A stretch of 64,000 nt of DNA from Eledone cirrhosa (Eukaryota). The first letter of the stretch is position 1. Every line of letters begins with the position of its first letter. The position numbers and the translations under genes are program-made. The stretch lies in assembly GCA_964016885.1 (NCBI GenBank), contig OZ024740.1, positions 259,346,001 through 259,410,000 on the forward strand, read 5' to 3'. The notes beneath the pieces are model-generated. The model did not search any database. It worked only from the letters and a program-made list of their open reading frames with translations, and was not told where the DNA came from. Below, piece by piece: positions 16,260-29,345 of the stretch.

Positions 16260-17170
16260 GTATAAATAGTCACATATACAGGTATATATACGCCCCAACA
16301 CATTCAGCCTGTTATATGAAAAGGAAATGGCTACCTCCACAGGTTGATTTGAGTTTTTAGAAATACGTGAGAGTTCTTCAAAAGCAGGTAATTTCGAATT
16401 TAGCTATGAATAAACAAAACTATAGGTAACTAAAAAAGAACCACAAAGGTGGATAACTTGCGCAAATTTGATAACTCAAAGAAATAAAATTCCTACCAAT
16501 TTTTCAGAATGAATTTCACGTGTGGATAGCGATTAAAGCCGTCAGGGTGTGTATTTAAACCGTGTTTCTCTGAAGTCAGTTGTGAGAGTATATTCCAATG
16601 TAGGTAGAACATTCCTAGCTCTCGTAAATCTTCATAAATACCGACAGATATTCAATCGCTATACAGTGAAAACCTCTTTTACCAATATTAAAGCCAACAT
16701 CACTGTCAAACACAAAAGCGCTCCACGTTACTGTTGCGTATGCAGAAAGCCAATCAACAGTGCAACACGCCAGCGGCGATATATCAAGCAGGAGTGACCT
16801 CCACCAACCAGAACCACCAACTGAAATCTGGACTTATGTCGGAATGTCCAACAGCCGATTCAAAAGCTTGTACCTGAACCAAGAAACAGCCTTCAGACAT
16901 CCTGACAAAAAAACATGCCACCCAGCTCGCACACCATGTGTGGAACCTTACCAATAACAGCACACCTTTTTCTATTAAATGGAGTATATTACAAAAATCT
17001 AAAAAAAAAAAAAACCTCCCCCCTGTTAATGGGACGAAATTTTGCCAACTATGCAACTCGGAAAAGTGGAAGGTATTCTCACAACTGCCTTCATAGAAAC
17101 ATTGCTTAAAATTCCGTCTTGACTGCTTTAGTTACTGTCCACACAAAGCGATATTCATTCTGAGTAACTG
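16260..17170 (+). mobile_element. Highly decayed Penelope-like element (thumb/linker/GIY-YIG)
   Basis: NVGRTFLALVN.HKYRQIFNRYTVK, CCVCRK, TYVGMS..FKSLYLNQ..FRH; resembles the C-terminus of the 53309-55500 element. Confidence 0.65.
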
Positions 17171-17747
17171 GTACTGACCAGACTAATTAATTTTAATTTC
17201 AAGGAATTTAATTTCTTTGCACAAGTTCCCCATTTTTTTTTTGGGGGGGGGGGGGGGTTTATATATATAAATACATATATATATATATGATATGGACTCG
17301 GCTGCTATTTCTAGCTGTCGATAATCCTATTCACGCCACTGGGATGACGCGGTGCGATGTCTGTATTTTTTTATAAAATGCAACACGTGGTTCGAGTCAT
17401 TCACAGATTTGCATTTGCTGTGTAAACACAGATGGTTGGATCCTCTCCTTTGGTGACCATCCAGGATTTGACTACTGTGATTTACGGATTAATTGGTGAA
17501 ATATATTTCTTATTTAAAGAAATATATACAAAGGAGATTAATCATTTTAAAAGGTATCTACATTTGAAGTTCTAGTTAAACTTTAATTAGTTACCTACCT
17601 AGCTGTGTGCTTACACACTTTACAAATTATTCCCTGAGATTGTTTCATCTGTTTATTATATATATATATATGTGTCAATCTATTTCTAGTTGATATATAT
17701 ATATATATGTATATATATATGTGTGTGTATATATATATATATATATA

Positions 17748-18700
17748 TAATGAAAAATTGAACAGGGACAGAACAGAGAGGCAGTACGATAAATGTTTAT
17801 TAAATTCACGCTCAGGAGAGTGGGGGTAGGTGGGGGACGACGTTTCGGGCATAAGCCCTTCTTCAGGTGAGAGTTCAAAAGGTGTGTAGGGGAGTGGTGG
17901 AGAGACATATAGCGAAAGGAAACGGTGCGAATGAAAAATTAACAAATAAAGACAAAAATATAATAAATAATAAATAAAAATAAAGCATGATCAAAATACA
18001 AGGAATGAGAAAATTTAAAAATAAAGGCATGATTAAAATAAACTGAAATTAAAAGGGGGGTAAACAGGTGGTGGAAGGGTGTGGGGTGAGTAGAGGTGGT
18101 GGCGGATGGAGTGGGGAGAGGGAGACGGGGTGTCCGAGCGGGGAGGGCTGAAGGTGGTGTGTGTGGTTAGGTGTGCGTGTGTGTGTGTGTGTGTGTATGT
18201 GAAAGTGAGGGTTGGGGGAAGAACGGGGTTGCATGTTCAGGAAGGTGTGTGTGGGGGTGTTTTTGTGGGTCGGAGGGTCTGTGCGTGTGTGGATAGGGGG
18301 TGGGGGGAGAGGAATCAGGGGGCTGAGGGTGTAAATATGTGGTGGGAAGCACGTGTGTGTGGTTTAAGCGTGTTGTGGGTGTGGGTGGCGTGTGGATAAA
18401 AAAAATTGTTTTGGGGTGTGTGTGTGGGTGAGTTATATAGGTGATGGTGTAAGAGGGTGGTTGAAAAGTGGTAAGTTACACGGATGTATGGAGATTTTGG
18501 TTGGAAGTCAAAACGCGTGTGGGTAATCCAAGAAGCGGTGGTCGGAAGAGGAGTGATGTGGGGTGCGCGCGCAACAGGAAGTGGTCAGCAGTGGAAGTGC
18601 TGTGGTCAGTTGGTGCTGAGACAGTGGTCGGAAGGGCATAGCAGCAGTCGGCGGAATGGTAGGGAGGCGAGGATGGGTAGGTGTGAGAGTTGGAGTGAGG

Positions 18701-18765
<65 letters not shown>

Positions 18766-19302
18766 TAGTAGGGGTGTTAGTGGGATGAGTGAGTGTGGAG
18801 TGGGGAGAGAAGGGTGTGTGTGGTTCTATGGAGGGAGTGTGGTGTACTGGTGTGTGTGTAGTTTGGTGAGGAGGTGTTAGTGGGTGTTAGTATATGGGAG
18901 GTGGGGAGGGGTGGAATGCAGGTGTGAGTGGGGGTAGGGTGTGTAGAGTGGGTGGTGTACGAGGGTGTGTGGGTACGTGTGCGTGGGGTTGGAGGGTGTT
19001 AGTGATGTTAGTTGCGTGTGGGGTGGGTTGTGTAAGTGGGTGCGTGTGTGCGTGTGATAAGGAGGGGGGAGGAGGAGAAGAGGGGAGGGAAGGGATGTTA
19101 GTATGTTAGTTGGGGAAGGGTGGTCAGATGAGGGGTGGAGTGGCGGTGTTAGTATTGTTAGTGTGGGGTGGGCGGTGAAAAGGAGGGGTGTGTTAGTGGT
19201 GTTAGTGGGGGATAAGTGGGGGGAGGGTGGCGGTCGAACGCTAAAGGAATAAGGGTGGGGAGTTCAGGCCGGGGGGAGTGTGGGTCTGTAAGATGAAGAT
19301 AT
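17748..19302 (-). mobile_element. Penelope-like element 3' end with long C-rich 3' region and HHR-bearing pLTR
   Basis: Minus translation HIFILQTHTPPGLN (GIY-YIG C-terminal motif) near 19300; HHR core at 17836-17870; ends in (TA)n. Confidence 0.6.
17836..17870 (-). ncRNA. Minimal PLE-type hammerhead ribozyme
   Basis: CUGAAGA-A-GGGC-UUAU-GCCC-GAAA-CGUC; stem I only about 2 bp. Confidence 0.6.
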
Positions 19303-19337
19303 GTATATATATATATATGTTCATATATATATATATA

Positions 19338-20486
19338 AGGGACAGAAGCCAGGCAGTCGCAGCAAATGGGGCCCTCTCGAGGGAAACACCGATAACAAGT
19401 GGGGTGCCTCAGGGGACAGTCCTGGGACCACTACTGTTTTTGGTGGCTCTCTCGGACATGCCCTCTGTGGTGCATGCAACAACATCCCTCACTAGCTATG
19501 CTGATGACACTAAGGTAGCACAGGCAATCAAAAACCCGGCTGACGCTGCCCTCTTACAGCAGGATCTGGATGCCATATACAGATGGGCGGAAGAAAACAA
19601 CATGCAGTTTAATGCTGGCAAATTCCAAGCCCTACAATACAAACCTGCAAACACAAACACAAATATAGCGGAACACAGCTACACAGGACCAGGAGGGACC
19701 GATATCCCCGTGTCAAAATCGATACGAGACCTGGGCATAGACATGAGCGATGATGCATCTTTTTCTTCACACATCATGAAGGTGGCGACAGCATGTAGAC
19801 GATTCGCTGGCTGGATCTTGAGGACTTTCCTTACAAGAGATCGAGACACCATGTTGACACTGTGGAGGACTTTTGTCCTAAGCCGCCTGGACTACTGCTC
19901 CCAGCTGTGGTCACCCCATAGTGTCAAACTAACCACGGAGCTTGAGGCAATCCAGCGAAGCTACACCAAGAGGATTGCCAAGATGAGGGAGACAAGCTAC
20001 TGGGAGAGGCTGAAGGAACTGAACCTCTACTCCTTGGAGCGAAGACGGGAGAGATACGCAGTGATCTACATGTGGAAAATCCTGGAGGGACTAGCACCAA
20101 ACTTTGGCATTGGGAGCTGGACCAACCGTCGAACAGGACGTCACTGTGTGGTGCCAAAGGTCCCGTCTTCCACATCTAGAATAAGGAGCAGGTATTGCAA
20201 TAGCCTGGGATTCAAGGGCCCTCAACTCTTCAACAGGCTGCCGAGGCATCTGCGAGACTTGCATGACGTGGAGGTGGATGTCTTTAAGAAACATCTCGAC
20301 ACCTTGTTATCCAGGATCCCGGATGAGCCCACAGCAAGACACGAGGGAAACCTAAGGGCAGCAGCAACAAACTCCCTCCTACACCAGTGGCCAACCTATA
20401 CAGGCTGGAGATAAAATGTGTAGCAACAAGGGCGGTGCCCCAGCATGGCCTCAGCCGGATGGCTGAAACAGGTAAAAAAAGAGTAA
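19338..20486 (+). mobile_element. 5'-truncated CR1-group LINE (open RT C-terminal half plus 3'UTR)
   Basis: SGVPQGTVLGPLLF, YADD, SRLDYCSQLWSP, YWERLKELNLYSLERRRER; 3' stem-loop CAGCC-GGAT-GGCTG; flanked by TA repeats. Confidence 0.92.
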
Positions 20487-20499
20487 TATATATATATAC

Positions 20500-20533
<34 letters not shown>

Positions 20534-20553
20534 GAACATATATATATATGTAC

Positions 20554-20611
<58 letters not shown>

Positions 20612-20680
20612 GTATGTATATATATATATGTATATATATATGTATATATATATATATATATACATATATGTATATATATA

Positions 20681-20767
<87 letters not shown>

Positions 20768-20887
20768 AGTAAGTATGTTTTGAAACAGTGAGCAGGTGGG
20801 AAATTAGAAAATAGAATAGCTTTCACCCTATTTTTGACTAAAGGAATTTTAGCCTGATAATGGGGTTATACATATATATATATATAT

Positions 20888-21079
20888 ACAATATATTAAC
20901 AAATGGAAACTATATTTATAAAACCATATTTATTTCATTATACATATTTCAAGGGACAACTATGGTGCGCTTTCATCAGATAAATATAGGTTAGTTTTAT
21001 AAATAAATATTGACATACCCTTAAAAAATGCAACCATTCTGGTTGTTGTATCTAAACAAATTAAATATAACCTCTACAT

Positions 21080-21080
<1 letters not shown>
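20888..21080 (-). mobile_element. Solo pLTR fragment related to the 51678-56553 Penelope element, with an HHR at about 20931-20987
   Basis: Minus strand UUUAU-CUGAUGA-AAG...CUU-GAAA-UAUGUAUA-AUGAA; shares GGTTTTATAAATATAGTTTCCATTT with 56515-56540. Confidence 0.75.
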
Positions 21081-21113
<33 letters not shown>

Positions 21114-21121
<8 letters not shown>

Positions 21122-22797
21122 ATACTTTGGGAGGGTCATGTTGCCAATAAGAAACACACGCACCAGTTGCTTTCACTTCAATTTATTATTATAAATTTAT
21201 AAATTTAGGAATTTATAAATTTCCGGTTGGTTGGTTGGTTCCACAACCAGATGGTTGTTTATATATTGTCAAAGTTCTTTCGTCACACGTTCTGTGACCT
21301 CTTCAGTGACTGGGGATTCTTTTCTTTGTTTTTGTGCCTCTCCTTTGTTCTGTCCTACGCCATTTTGTTTCTGTGTGTGTGTTGTGTGCTCAGTCTGCGC
21401 ATGCATCCCATCCGGGTGTCTGTGTGTGTTTATATTCGTTTATTTATTTGTTTATTTACATGTTACAGGTTGGTTGTTTGTTCTATGTGCGTGTGTGTTT
21501 TCATTTTGTCCTTAGTTGTAAGTTGTGATGTTGCTGCTGTTCCACTCATGTTTTCTATTTAATTTTGGTTGTAATTCTTTTATGTTTATTGCCTCTGTGA
21601 TTTGTCTAAACATTGCGTCTTTTCTGTGTGTAGATTCTATTTTTATTTCTATGTTCTCTAATTTACCCTTATGTTCTATTTTAGCATGTTGGTAGAGTAC
21701 AGATGATTCTTTACTATCTTGAAGGTCTCGCCAGTGTTCATTTATCCGTTCCCCTACACTACGAGCTGTCTCACCTATGTACACTATATTTTTGTCTCTA
21801 CATTGTCCTTCAGTACATCTTATGCTATATACTACATTTCTAGTTTTACAGTTAATATGGGGGCTTAATTTACAGGTTATACATTTCTTATCTATACAGG
21901 GGGTCTTTGAAAAGGGTATATCTTGCTAATAAGTGTTTTTACGGAGGTACCTGGTGTTTCTACTATCTTAATATTGAGTTTATGTTTATCTAGGGCCCTT
22001 CTAAATTTGTTTAACTAATTCACCTCTAGGGGTTGTATCGATGAACATTACACTCTGGTATGTATTGCTATCATACCATGAGTTTATTCTATTAACCTTA
22101 TTCCTAGTTCTTTCTATTCTATTCCAAAATTTGCTCCTATACAAGGGGCAGGTCCCATTTGTGTCATTATTTACCATTTTTTCCCATTTGGTTCTGGCTC
22201 CTCTATAGACTCTGATTTTATCTCTCTGATTGTAACCAGAGAACTGCATACGGTGGATGAAGTGTTGTATGTGTCTCTCTAGTTCTTCGGGGTTGCACAT
22301 GCGGGACACGTTTCTCATCACCCGTACCAAATCCGCAATCAGTATGTTGATTTTGGTATGGTCCGAAACAGCTGAGTTTCGGTGGATCAGATATTTGGAA
22401 GTCATGGGTTTGGCATAATGGGAATGGAGGATTTGTTTTTTGTTATTAATGGTATCTAACCAGAGCTCTGTGTCTAGTACAGGTAATCGATGGTTGGGGT
22501 GTTTACTTGGGTAGCTATAGTAACTCTAATACTTTGGTGGATGGAGTTAGCTATTTGCTGGATGCTTTCCATTGTGTTTTTCTCTAATTCCTGACTGTTC
22601 TCTAGTGGGGGTGTTTTAACTACGATGTTTATATCATCAACGTAGCGGGAGTACATTATCAGGGTTAAGGGGTCTTCTAATTGTTCTTTAAGTTTAAGTT
22701 TAAGTCTACTGTCCAACCATACCATGAATAAGTTAGCTATGTCGCCTGCAATGCTAACACCAATGGCTGCTCCTTCTTCTTGGGCATATGTTTTTCC
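21114..22797 (-). mobile_element. Penelope-like element (RT C-half, Zn linker, C-terminal GIY-YIG, pLTR and tail), decayed
   Basis: [50 protein letters not shown]; same family as 36281-38043. Confidence 0.9.
21268..21310 (-). ncRNA. Minimal hammerhead ribozyme in PLE pLTR
   Basis: GUCA-CUGAAGA-G-GUCAC...GUGAC-GAAA-GAAC-UU-UGAC: 4-bp stem I, 5-bp stem II, CUU triplet. Confidence 0.75.
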
Positions 22798-23014
22798 ATG
22801 TATGTATGCGTATATATATATATGTATGTATCTATGTGTATATACATACACACATATATATATATGTATGTATACATATATGTATGTGTATATATATATA
22901 TATGTATGTATATATATATATGTATGTGTATATATATATATATGTATGTGTGTGTATATATATATATATATATGTATCTATGTGTGTATATATATATACA
23001 TATATATGTATGTA

Positions 23015-23055
<41 letters not shown>

Positions 23056-23143
23056 ATATATATATGTATTAATATAGAAGAGTTTCTACAGGACTAGAAC
23101 TGTTTCCTTCCTGAGAAATCATATATATATATGTATGTATATG

Positions 23144-23289
<146 letters not shown>

Positions 23290-23513
23290 TGTGTATATAT
23301 ATGTATGTATGTATATATATACATACATACATATATGTATATATATATATATCTATTGTCCTAATAACTTATTTTGGTTATTATTGCACCGACGTGAGTA
23401 TATGATTTTTAATGCAATGAAATATCGATGATCGTCGGCAAATCACTGATGAGGGACTCATTTTATTACATGTTATCCATGTGCTACCTGCAGTATTTTT
23501 CTCTATATTTTAT

Positions 23514-23588
<75 letters not shown>

Positions 23589-23856
23589 ATGTTGAAAAGG
23601 TAACACACTAGAGAGAGATACAGTGCGCCATCAATAAAACAGGGAAAAACCACCAGTGTATGGAATCTATAACCTATGAAAGGCAGACTATAGACACGAT
23701 AATTAAAAATATAAATTAAAGCGTAAATAAATACCTCTATAACTATATAACACACGCGTACAAATCCAAAGAGATCTGTTTCGCCAGGAAGTTGTTAACA
23801 GAAATGGAATAACCCCGGTTCTTCAGCGTCTGTAATATATATATATATATATATAT

Positions 23857-24982
23857 ATCATCATCATCATCTTCGTTTAATGTCCACTTTCCACGCTAGC
23901 ATGGGTTAGACGGGAGTTGTCCCACTTGAGGCAAGTTTTGGTCGGGTGACCGTGTCTCGCTCATATAGGACTATCTGGCAGGTTTTCTACGGCTGGATGC
24001 CCTTCCTAACACCAACCACATTTACAGTGTGGAACTGGGAACTTTTTACTGTGTTACCTACACGGCCACATTACAGCGTGGACTGTGTGTTTTTTTTCTC
24101 GTGACACCTACACGATCTCGATCTCACCTCAATTATTTGGACTGGATGTTGAGGTACCAACTTTATAGACAGAGGGTGGTGTTGGTGGGAGTGGGAGGAT
24201 AGGGTAGGGGTAGTGGATTGGGGTGTATATTTGGTTAAGTGGTGCCTACTGACTGTAGGTTTCGCTTTGTACTTAGGCAAGGCGGGTCTTCTGTATTACT
24301 GCCTAGCGCCAAAGATCTCGGTCCAGTGACATTGTCTTAGAGAGGTGCAAGTGTGTAAGGTCGGAATTTATCAGATCGTCCCAGGTTTTTCTGGGTCTAC
24401 CTACTCCGTAACTACCATCAATTTTGATCGCCCTGCACTTTTTTATACAGCTGTCGTCTTTCATGCGCATCACGTGGCCATACCAACGTAGTCTTCTTTC
24501 AAGTAAACAGCATCCGATCCCTCTTATTCCTAATTTCTCACTTAGTTCACTTATGCTTTGCCGTTCGAGTATATTACTATTACACATCCAACGGAGCATG
24601 CATGCTTCGTTCCTTTCCAGTCTATGCAGGTCCTCTGCACGCAATGCCCGTGTCTCACTGCCATGTAGCATTGCTGTTCGTATCTTAGCATCATACAATC
24701 TGCCTTTCATTTTTAGAGAGAAACCTTTTGTGGCCAACAGCGGTATAAGCTCTCTGAACTTTTTCCATCCCGTTCTGACTCTGGCTACTGTACTTTCAGA
24801 ACACCCTCCACCACTGCTGATTTCGTCACCCAGGTAACGGAAAGTGTCTACTATTTCTATAGAACCATCTGGGCAATAGAAGGGGCTAGTATCCTATTGC
24901 ACCTGAGCATCGGCCACATATAAAGTCTACGTTCTTAGATAGTTTACCTGTGATCCCACTACATCTTTTATGTACCCATACT
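23857..24982 (-). mobile_element. RTE family A 3' fragment with long 3'UTR and (ATG)n tail
   Basis: GFSLKMKGRLYDA..MLHGSET..RRLRWYGHVMRM; UTR matches 41104-41470. Confidence 0.88.
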
Positions 24983-25920
24983 AATCATTTATGATAGAAT
25001 TAATGTTAGAATGAAGGATCCTCTTTAGATATATAAACATATTATTTGGTAACTTGTTTACTTGATAAATATGCACACCTTAGGATTATTTTAGATATTT
25101 ATAATTTTGATTCGGATCTTTATTTATCTGTCTCTGTTTTAAATATATAATTTGGATATTTAACTTGTAAATTTACCGATTATAATTGAACTGCAGATCA
25201 TTCATGCGTTTGCATATTTTACTCACTTTGAGTATGTTTTGGGGACTCAGAAAGTTAGATTTGCATTTATTTATTTTTTATATATATCTAGGTATAAATA
25301 TAACAAACCATAATAGTCGACAAATATTGGTCTCTCTCTCCACTGAACTGGAGGTAAAACTACAATTATAGCATTATTAATAATGATTATAATTATTTAT
25401 TTATTAAATGATTACCGTTTCATTAATACCTATAATAATATCTCTATATAGTTGTACAAATATGTTTATCTAGTGTAATAACATACTCGTAGTTACATTT
25501 ATAAATAATTTAGATACTCAAATGACTCTATATTGTTATAAGTGTTTGATATTCCCTGGAAGTTCGAATTTATATAATGATTATTACTTAATTTAATATA
25601 ATTTAATTTAATTTATTTTAATTAAATTTAGATTACCTTCGGCTTTTTCAAATATTTAGCTCCTCTTTCTATCACATTCGCTAAATACTTTAGACGTATC
25701 TTTTGTCTACTATATATTAAAACCCTATTACATTTTATAATATATTTTTAATATTGGGCATTTTTAAGTTTCGCAAACAATTCATTATTTTTATTTTTAT
25801 TTTTATATTTATTTTGTATCTAGCCCCTATCATTAGGACTCATGTATTTATAGCATATATCAACTAAATGAAAATAATTGATATAAAACATTAATTTTTT
25901 AACAATATATTTAAACTATA

Positions 25921-27099
25921 TTTAATACAATCACAGAGATAGTTTAAAGCTAAACTCTGACTGGTAACCATCTCACTCAACAAACATTAGGTTATATTAA
26001 AATATAAACCCAATTTAAGTGTTTGGGGTGCTAACAATATGTATTATGTGGAAAAACCAGTTGTATTATTTTATGAGATATAATTAAAGTTAAAGTATAT
26101 CTCTCTTTCCAAACAATTGTTTCATTATAAGTTTTCTACAAGTTTGGGAGAATGTTTCCAGTTTATGTAGAAGCCTAATATATATTCATGTAAGAATATA
26201 TTTAGGTGGGCACTTATAAATCATCAGTGGAAGCCCATTAAACAATTTCTTACCGCTGTCAAAAATCATGTCCGTAAAGTTGGTCTCTCTCACCTCGAAT
26301 GACCGCCAAATTTGAAATTCCAGCAGTTTTTGACTGAGGAAGTATCATAGCGACACGAAGCGGGAAGGGGAGACAACCCACGAAATGAGGAAAAAAATAA
26401 TATACACGCGGGTTAATTAGTTTTTTTGAAAACATTATCAATCCAACGTGTTTAAGAACTCAATTGAAAATAAAAAAATAAATATATGCTTGTATAAATT
26501 ACACACGCATATAGATATTTTCTTAGGCTAAATCAGAAGTTGTACCCGAATAAGAACCGCTTCTCATAACCGCAGTAAATGCAGAAAGTTATGCTATAAA
26601 GGGCAAATGGGAATATAATTCTCCGGCCGAATTATTAAGAGTAAAATATAAAACACATGCGGGTTAATTAGTTATTTCAAAACCAATATTAATTCCTCGT
26701 GTAAAGAACTCAATTAATAAAAGAAAATAAATGCATATATGCATGTAATTATATACGTAGGCATATATATATATTTTCCTAGGCTAAAAAACAGAGAAGT
26801 TACAACAAAAAAAAGCCACAATATTTCACAACAGTAAAAATACGGAAAGTCAAATTCATAAGGTACCTGGAAATAAACACCTCTGGCCAATCAAGAGTAA
26901 ATATTTAATACAATAACAGAGATAGTTTAAAGCTAAACTCTGACTGGTAACCATCTCACTCAACAAACATTAGGTTATATTAAAATATAAACCCAATTTA
27001 AGTGTTTGGGGTGCTAACAATATGTATAATGTGGAAAAACCAGTTGTATTATTTTATGAGATATAATTAAAGTTAAAGTATATCTCTCTTTCCAAACAA
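25921..27099 (-). mobile_element. Non-coding, terminally redundant HHR element (retrozyme-like), about 983-bp unit with about 195-bp direct repeats
   Basis: 25921-26116 nearly identical to 26904-27099; HHR at 26107-26232 abuts the repeat; no recognisable coding sequence. Confidence 0.7.
26107..26232 (-). ncRNA. Type I hammerhead ribozyme with branched stem II
   Basis: UUCCA-CUGAUGA-U-UUAUAAGU...ACUUAUAA-U-GAAA-CAAUUG-UU-UGGAA; palindromic stem III ACAAUUGU; GUU triplet. Confidence 0.75.
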
Positions 27100-27172
27100 A
27101 CTATATATATTTTTTAACAATATTTTCAGTAACTTATTTAGTATATTGTATTATATTATATATATTTGAAAG

Positions 27173-27362
27173 GAGGCGGTGGATTGGCAGTATCGGTATA
27201 GGGTCGGACGCCATGCTTTCCAGCATAGTTACGTCCCTTTACGATCTGAGTTCAAATCTCGCCGAGGTTGACTTTGCCTTTCATCCTTACGGGGTCGATA
27301 AAATAAAGTACCAGTAATGCACTGAGTAAGTTGCTGGCCTTGTGCCTAAAGTAGAAACAATT
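27173..27362 (+). mobile_element. tRNA-derived SINE family 1
   Basis: TGGCAGTATCGG, GAGTTCAAATCTC, GCCTTTCATCCTTACGGGGTCGATAAAATAAAGTACCAG. Confidence 0.85.
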
Positions 27363-27799
27363 ATATATATTTGAAAGGTATCACCTTAAGTCTTTAGACA
27401 TTATAATCCTTGTGTGTTTTTTTATTAACACATATATATATAATTAAAAATTCAGACTTCTTTAAGTTTAGTTATAAGGCCGGTTGATCCTTTAGGCACT
27501 CAAACTGTTTAATCATAAATTCTTTAATAATTATAACTATAATTATTTTATAAATTATATTATATAAACTGTTGTCAATATTATAAATAATTTTGGTAAA
27601 GATTACCTTCGTGAGGGTATAAAAGCATTATATATTTTCTTTCTCGTATTTCGTAAATCCTTTAAATTTGTTTTCATAAAATTTGAATTTTAAAAATTAA
27701 ACTTGATAGTATAATATAATATTAATACAAATACCTATTAACTTTTAACACCTAAAATATTATTCATTACTCTGAACTAACTTAAATTAAATATTTTGA

Positions 27800-28395
27800 A
27801 TATTAACGGTCAACTAAATAAGTTTGGATATATATTGCATATATGGATAATTGTCTATAAACTTGAACATAAATTACCCCCTTTGTCTCTCTCTTTAATC
27901 ATCTTTCATTTGACTTTTGAGGCACCTACTAAATATATTATCACATCAGCTGTTTCTTCCTCGATGCTTTCCTTTCTTTCCTCTTTCTTCAGTAGTTTAA
28001 AAAAACAACTTTTTAACTGTTATATTGATGCCATGTATTTTTTAAGCTATATTACACGCACCCTCTCTATTGTTTGTATTATATATTTTTCTCATGTTCT
28101 CAATATTAGGGTATAAATATTGAGTTTTGTCATATGTTAATCACTACCATGATTGAATCTTAACCATCTACTATGTCAGGGTATGTCATGCATCATCTTA
28201 TTTTATATGATGAGGACGTACTGTTGAACTTAACTCAGTACCTCTGAAATATGTATAATAAAATATACTTGATCACAAGAATATCTATTTTGTTAATATT
28301 TTGAATTAATATTAATAACTCTGGAAAACCTTACTTGTTGAGTGCTTCCAATCTATTGTAAAACTCATTCTTTGATGTATTCATTGAACCTTGTT
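27800..28395 (+). mobile_element. Diverged Penelope pLTR fragment with HHR at 28199-28265
   Basis: UAUUUUAU-AUGAUGA...GUACUG/CAGUAC...GAAA-UAUGUAUA-AUAAAAUA (8-bp stem I, C3A core change); downstream CTTGTTGAGTGCT also at about 53174. Confidence 0.6.
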
Positions 28396-28444
28396 TAACT
28401 TTTAAATATATATATATATATACATACATATATATATACATACA

Positions 28445-28482
<38 letters not shown>

Positions 28483-28484
28483 CT

Positions 28485-28524
<40 letters not shown>

Positions 28525-28538
28525 TATACATACATATA

Positions 28539-28578
<40 letters not shown>

Positions 28579-28773
28579 CATACATATATATATATATACA
28601 TACATACATATATATATAAACATACATACATACATATATATATATATACATACATACAGACATACATACATATAGATATATATAGATACATACATACATA
28701 TATATAGATATATATAGATAGATATATATATACATATATACATTCATATATATCTATATATACATACATATAA

Positions 28774-28863
<90 letters not shown>

Positions 28864-28869
<6 letters not shown>

Positions 28870-29120
28870 ACGAGTAGGACCCCGACGGCTGAGCTCAATC
28901 CGTTTCGACGGCTAATTCTGGACTGGAGTCCAGAATTAGCCGTCGAAACGACTTGAGCTCAGCCGTCGGGGTCTTACACGTTCCTATTACCCACTCTACT
29001 ACCCTAAGTATTGAGTACTTTGGTGCGTTATGGTCCACCTGGTTCCTTACCACATTTCTTCCGTTATATATATTTAAGGAACAATCGACATTCGTCAAAT
29101 CGGACCGAGGGAACAATGAT
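28864..29120 (+). mobile_element. Fold-back HHR-derived element: palindrome 28864-28987 plus tail
   Basis: About 60-bp arms; right arm reads GCCGUC-GAAA-CGAC..GCC-GUC-GGGG; homologous copy at 57323. Confidence 0.7.
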
Positions 29121-29122
29121 AT

Positions 29123-29154
<32 letters not shown>

Positions 29155-29199
29155 GTATATATATATGTATATATATATGTATATGTATATATATGTATA

Positions 29200-29345
29200 T
29201 TCGTATGCAGGCATCATACAGTCTGCCTTTCATTTTTAGAGAGAAACCTTTAGCGGCCAATAGTGATATAAGCTCTCTGAACTTTTTCTATTCCGTTCTG
29301 ACTCTAGTTACTGTACTTTCAGAGCACCCACCACCCCTGCTGATT
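29200..29345 (-). mobile_element. RTE family A fragment
   Basis: AAKGFSLKMKGRLYDACIR. Confidence 0.8.

Noticed and set aside
23440-23835. HHR-like words CTGATGAG (about 23446, +) and CTGAAGA..GCGAAAC (23770-23830, -)
   Set aside because: The first lacks GAAA; the second lacks a workable stem I and cleavage triplet. Probably decayed PLE ends, not counted as HHRs
24983-25920. AT-rich stretch possibly from a PLE
   Set aside because: No motif could be read with confidence
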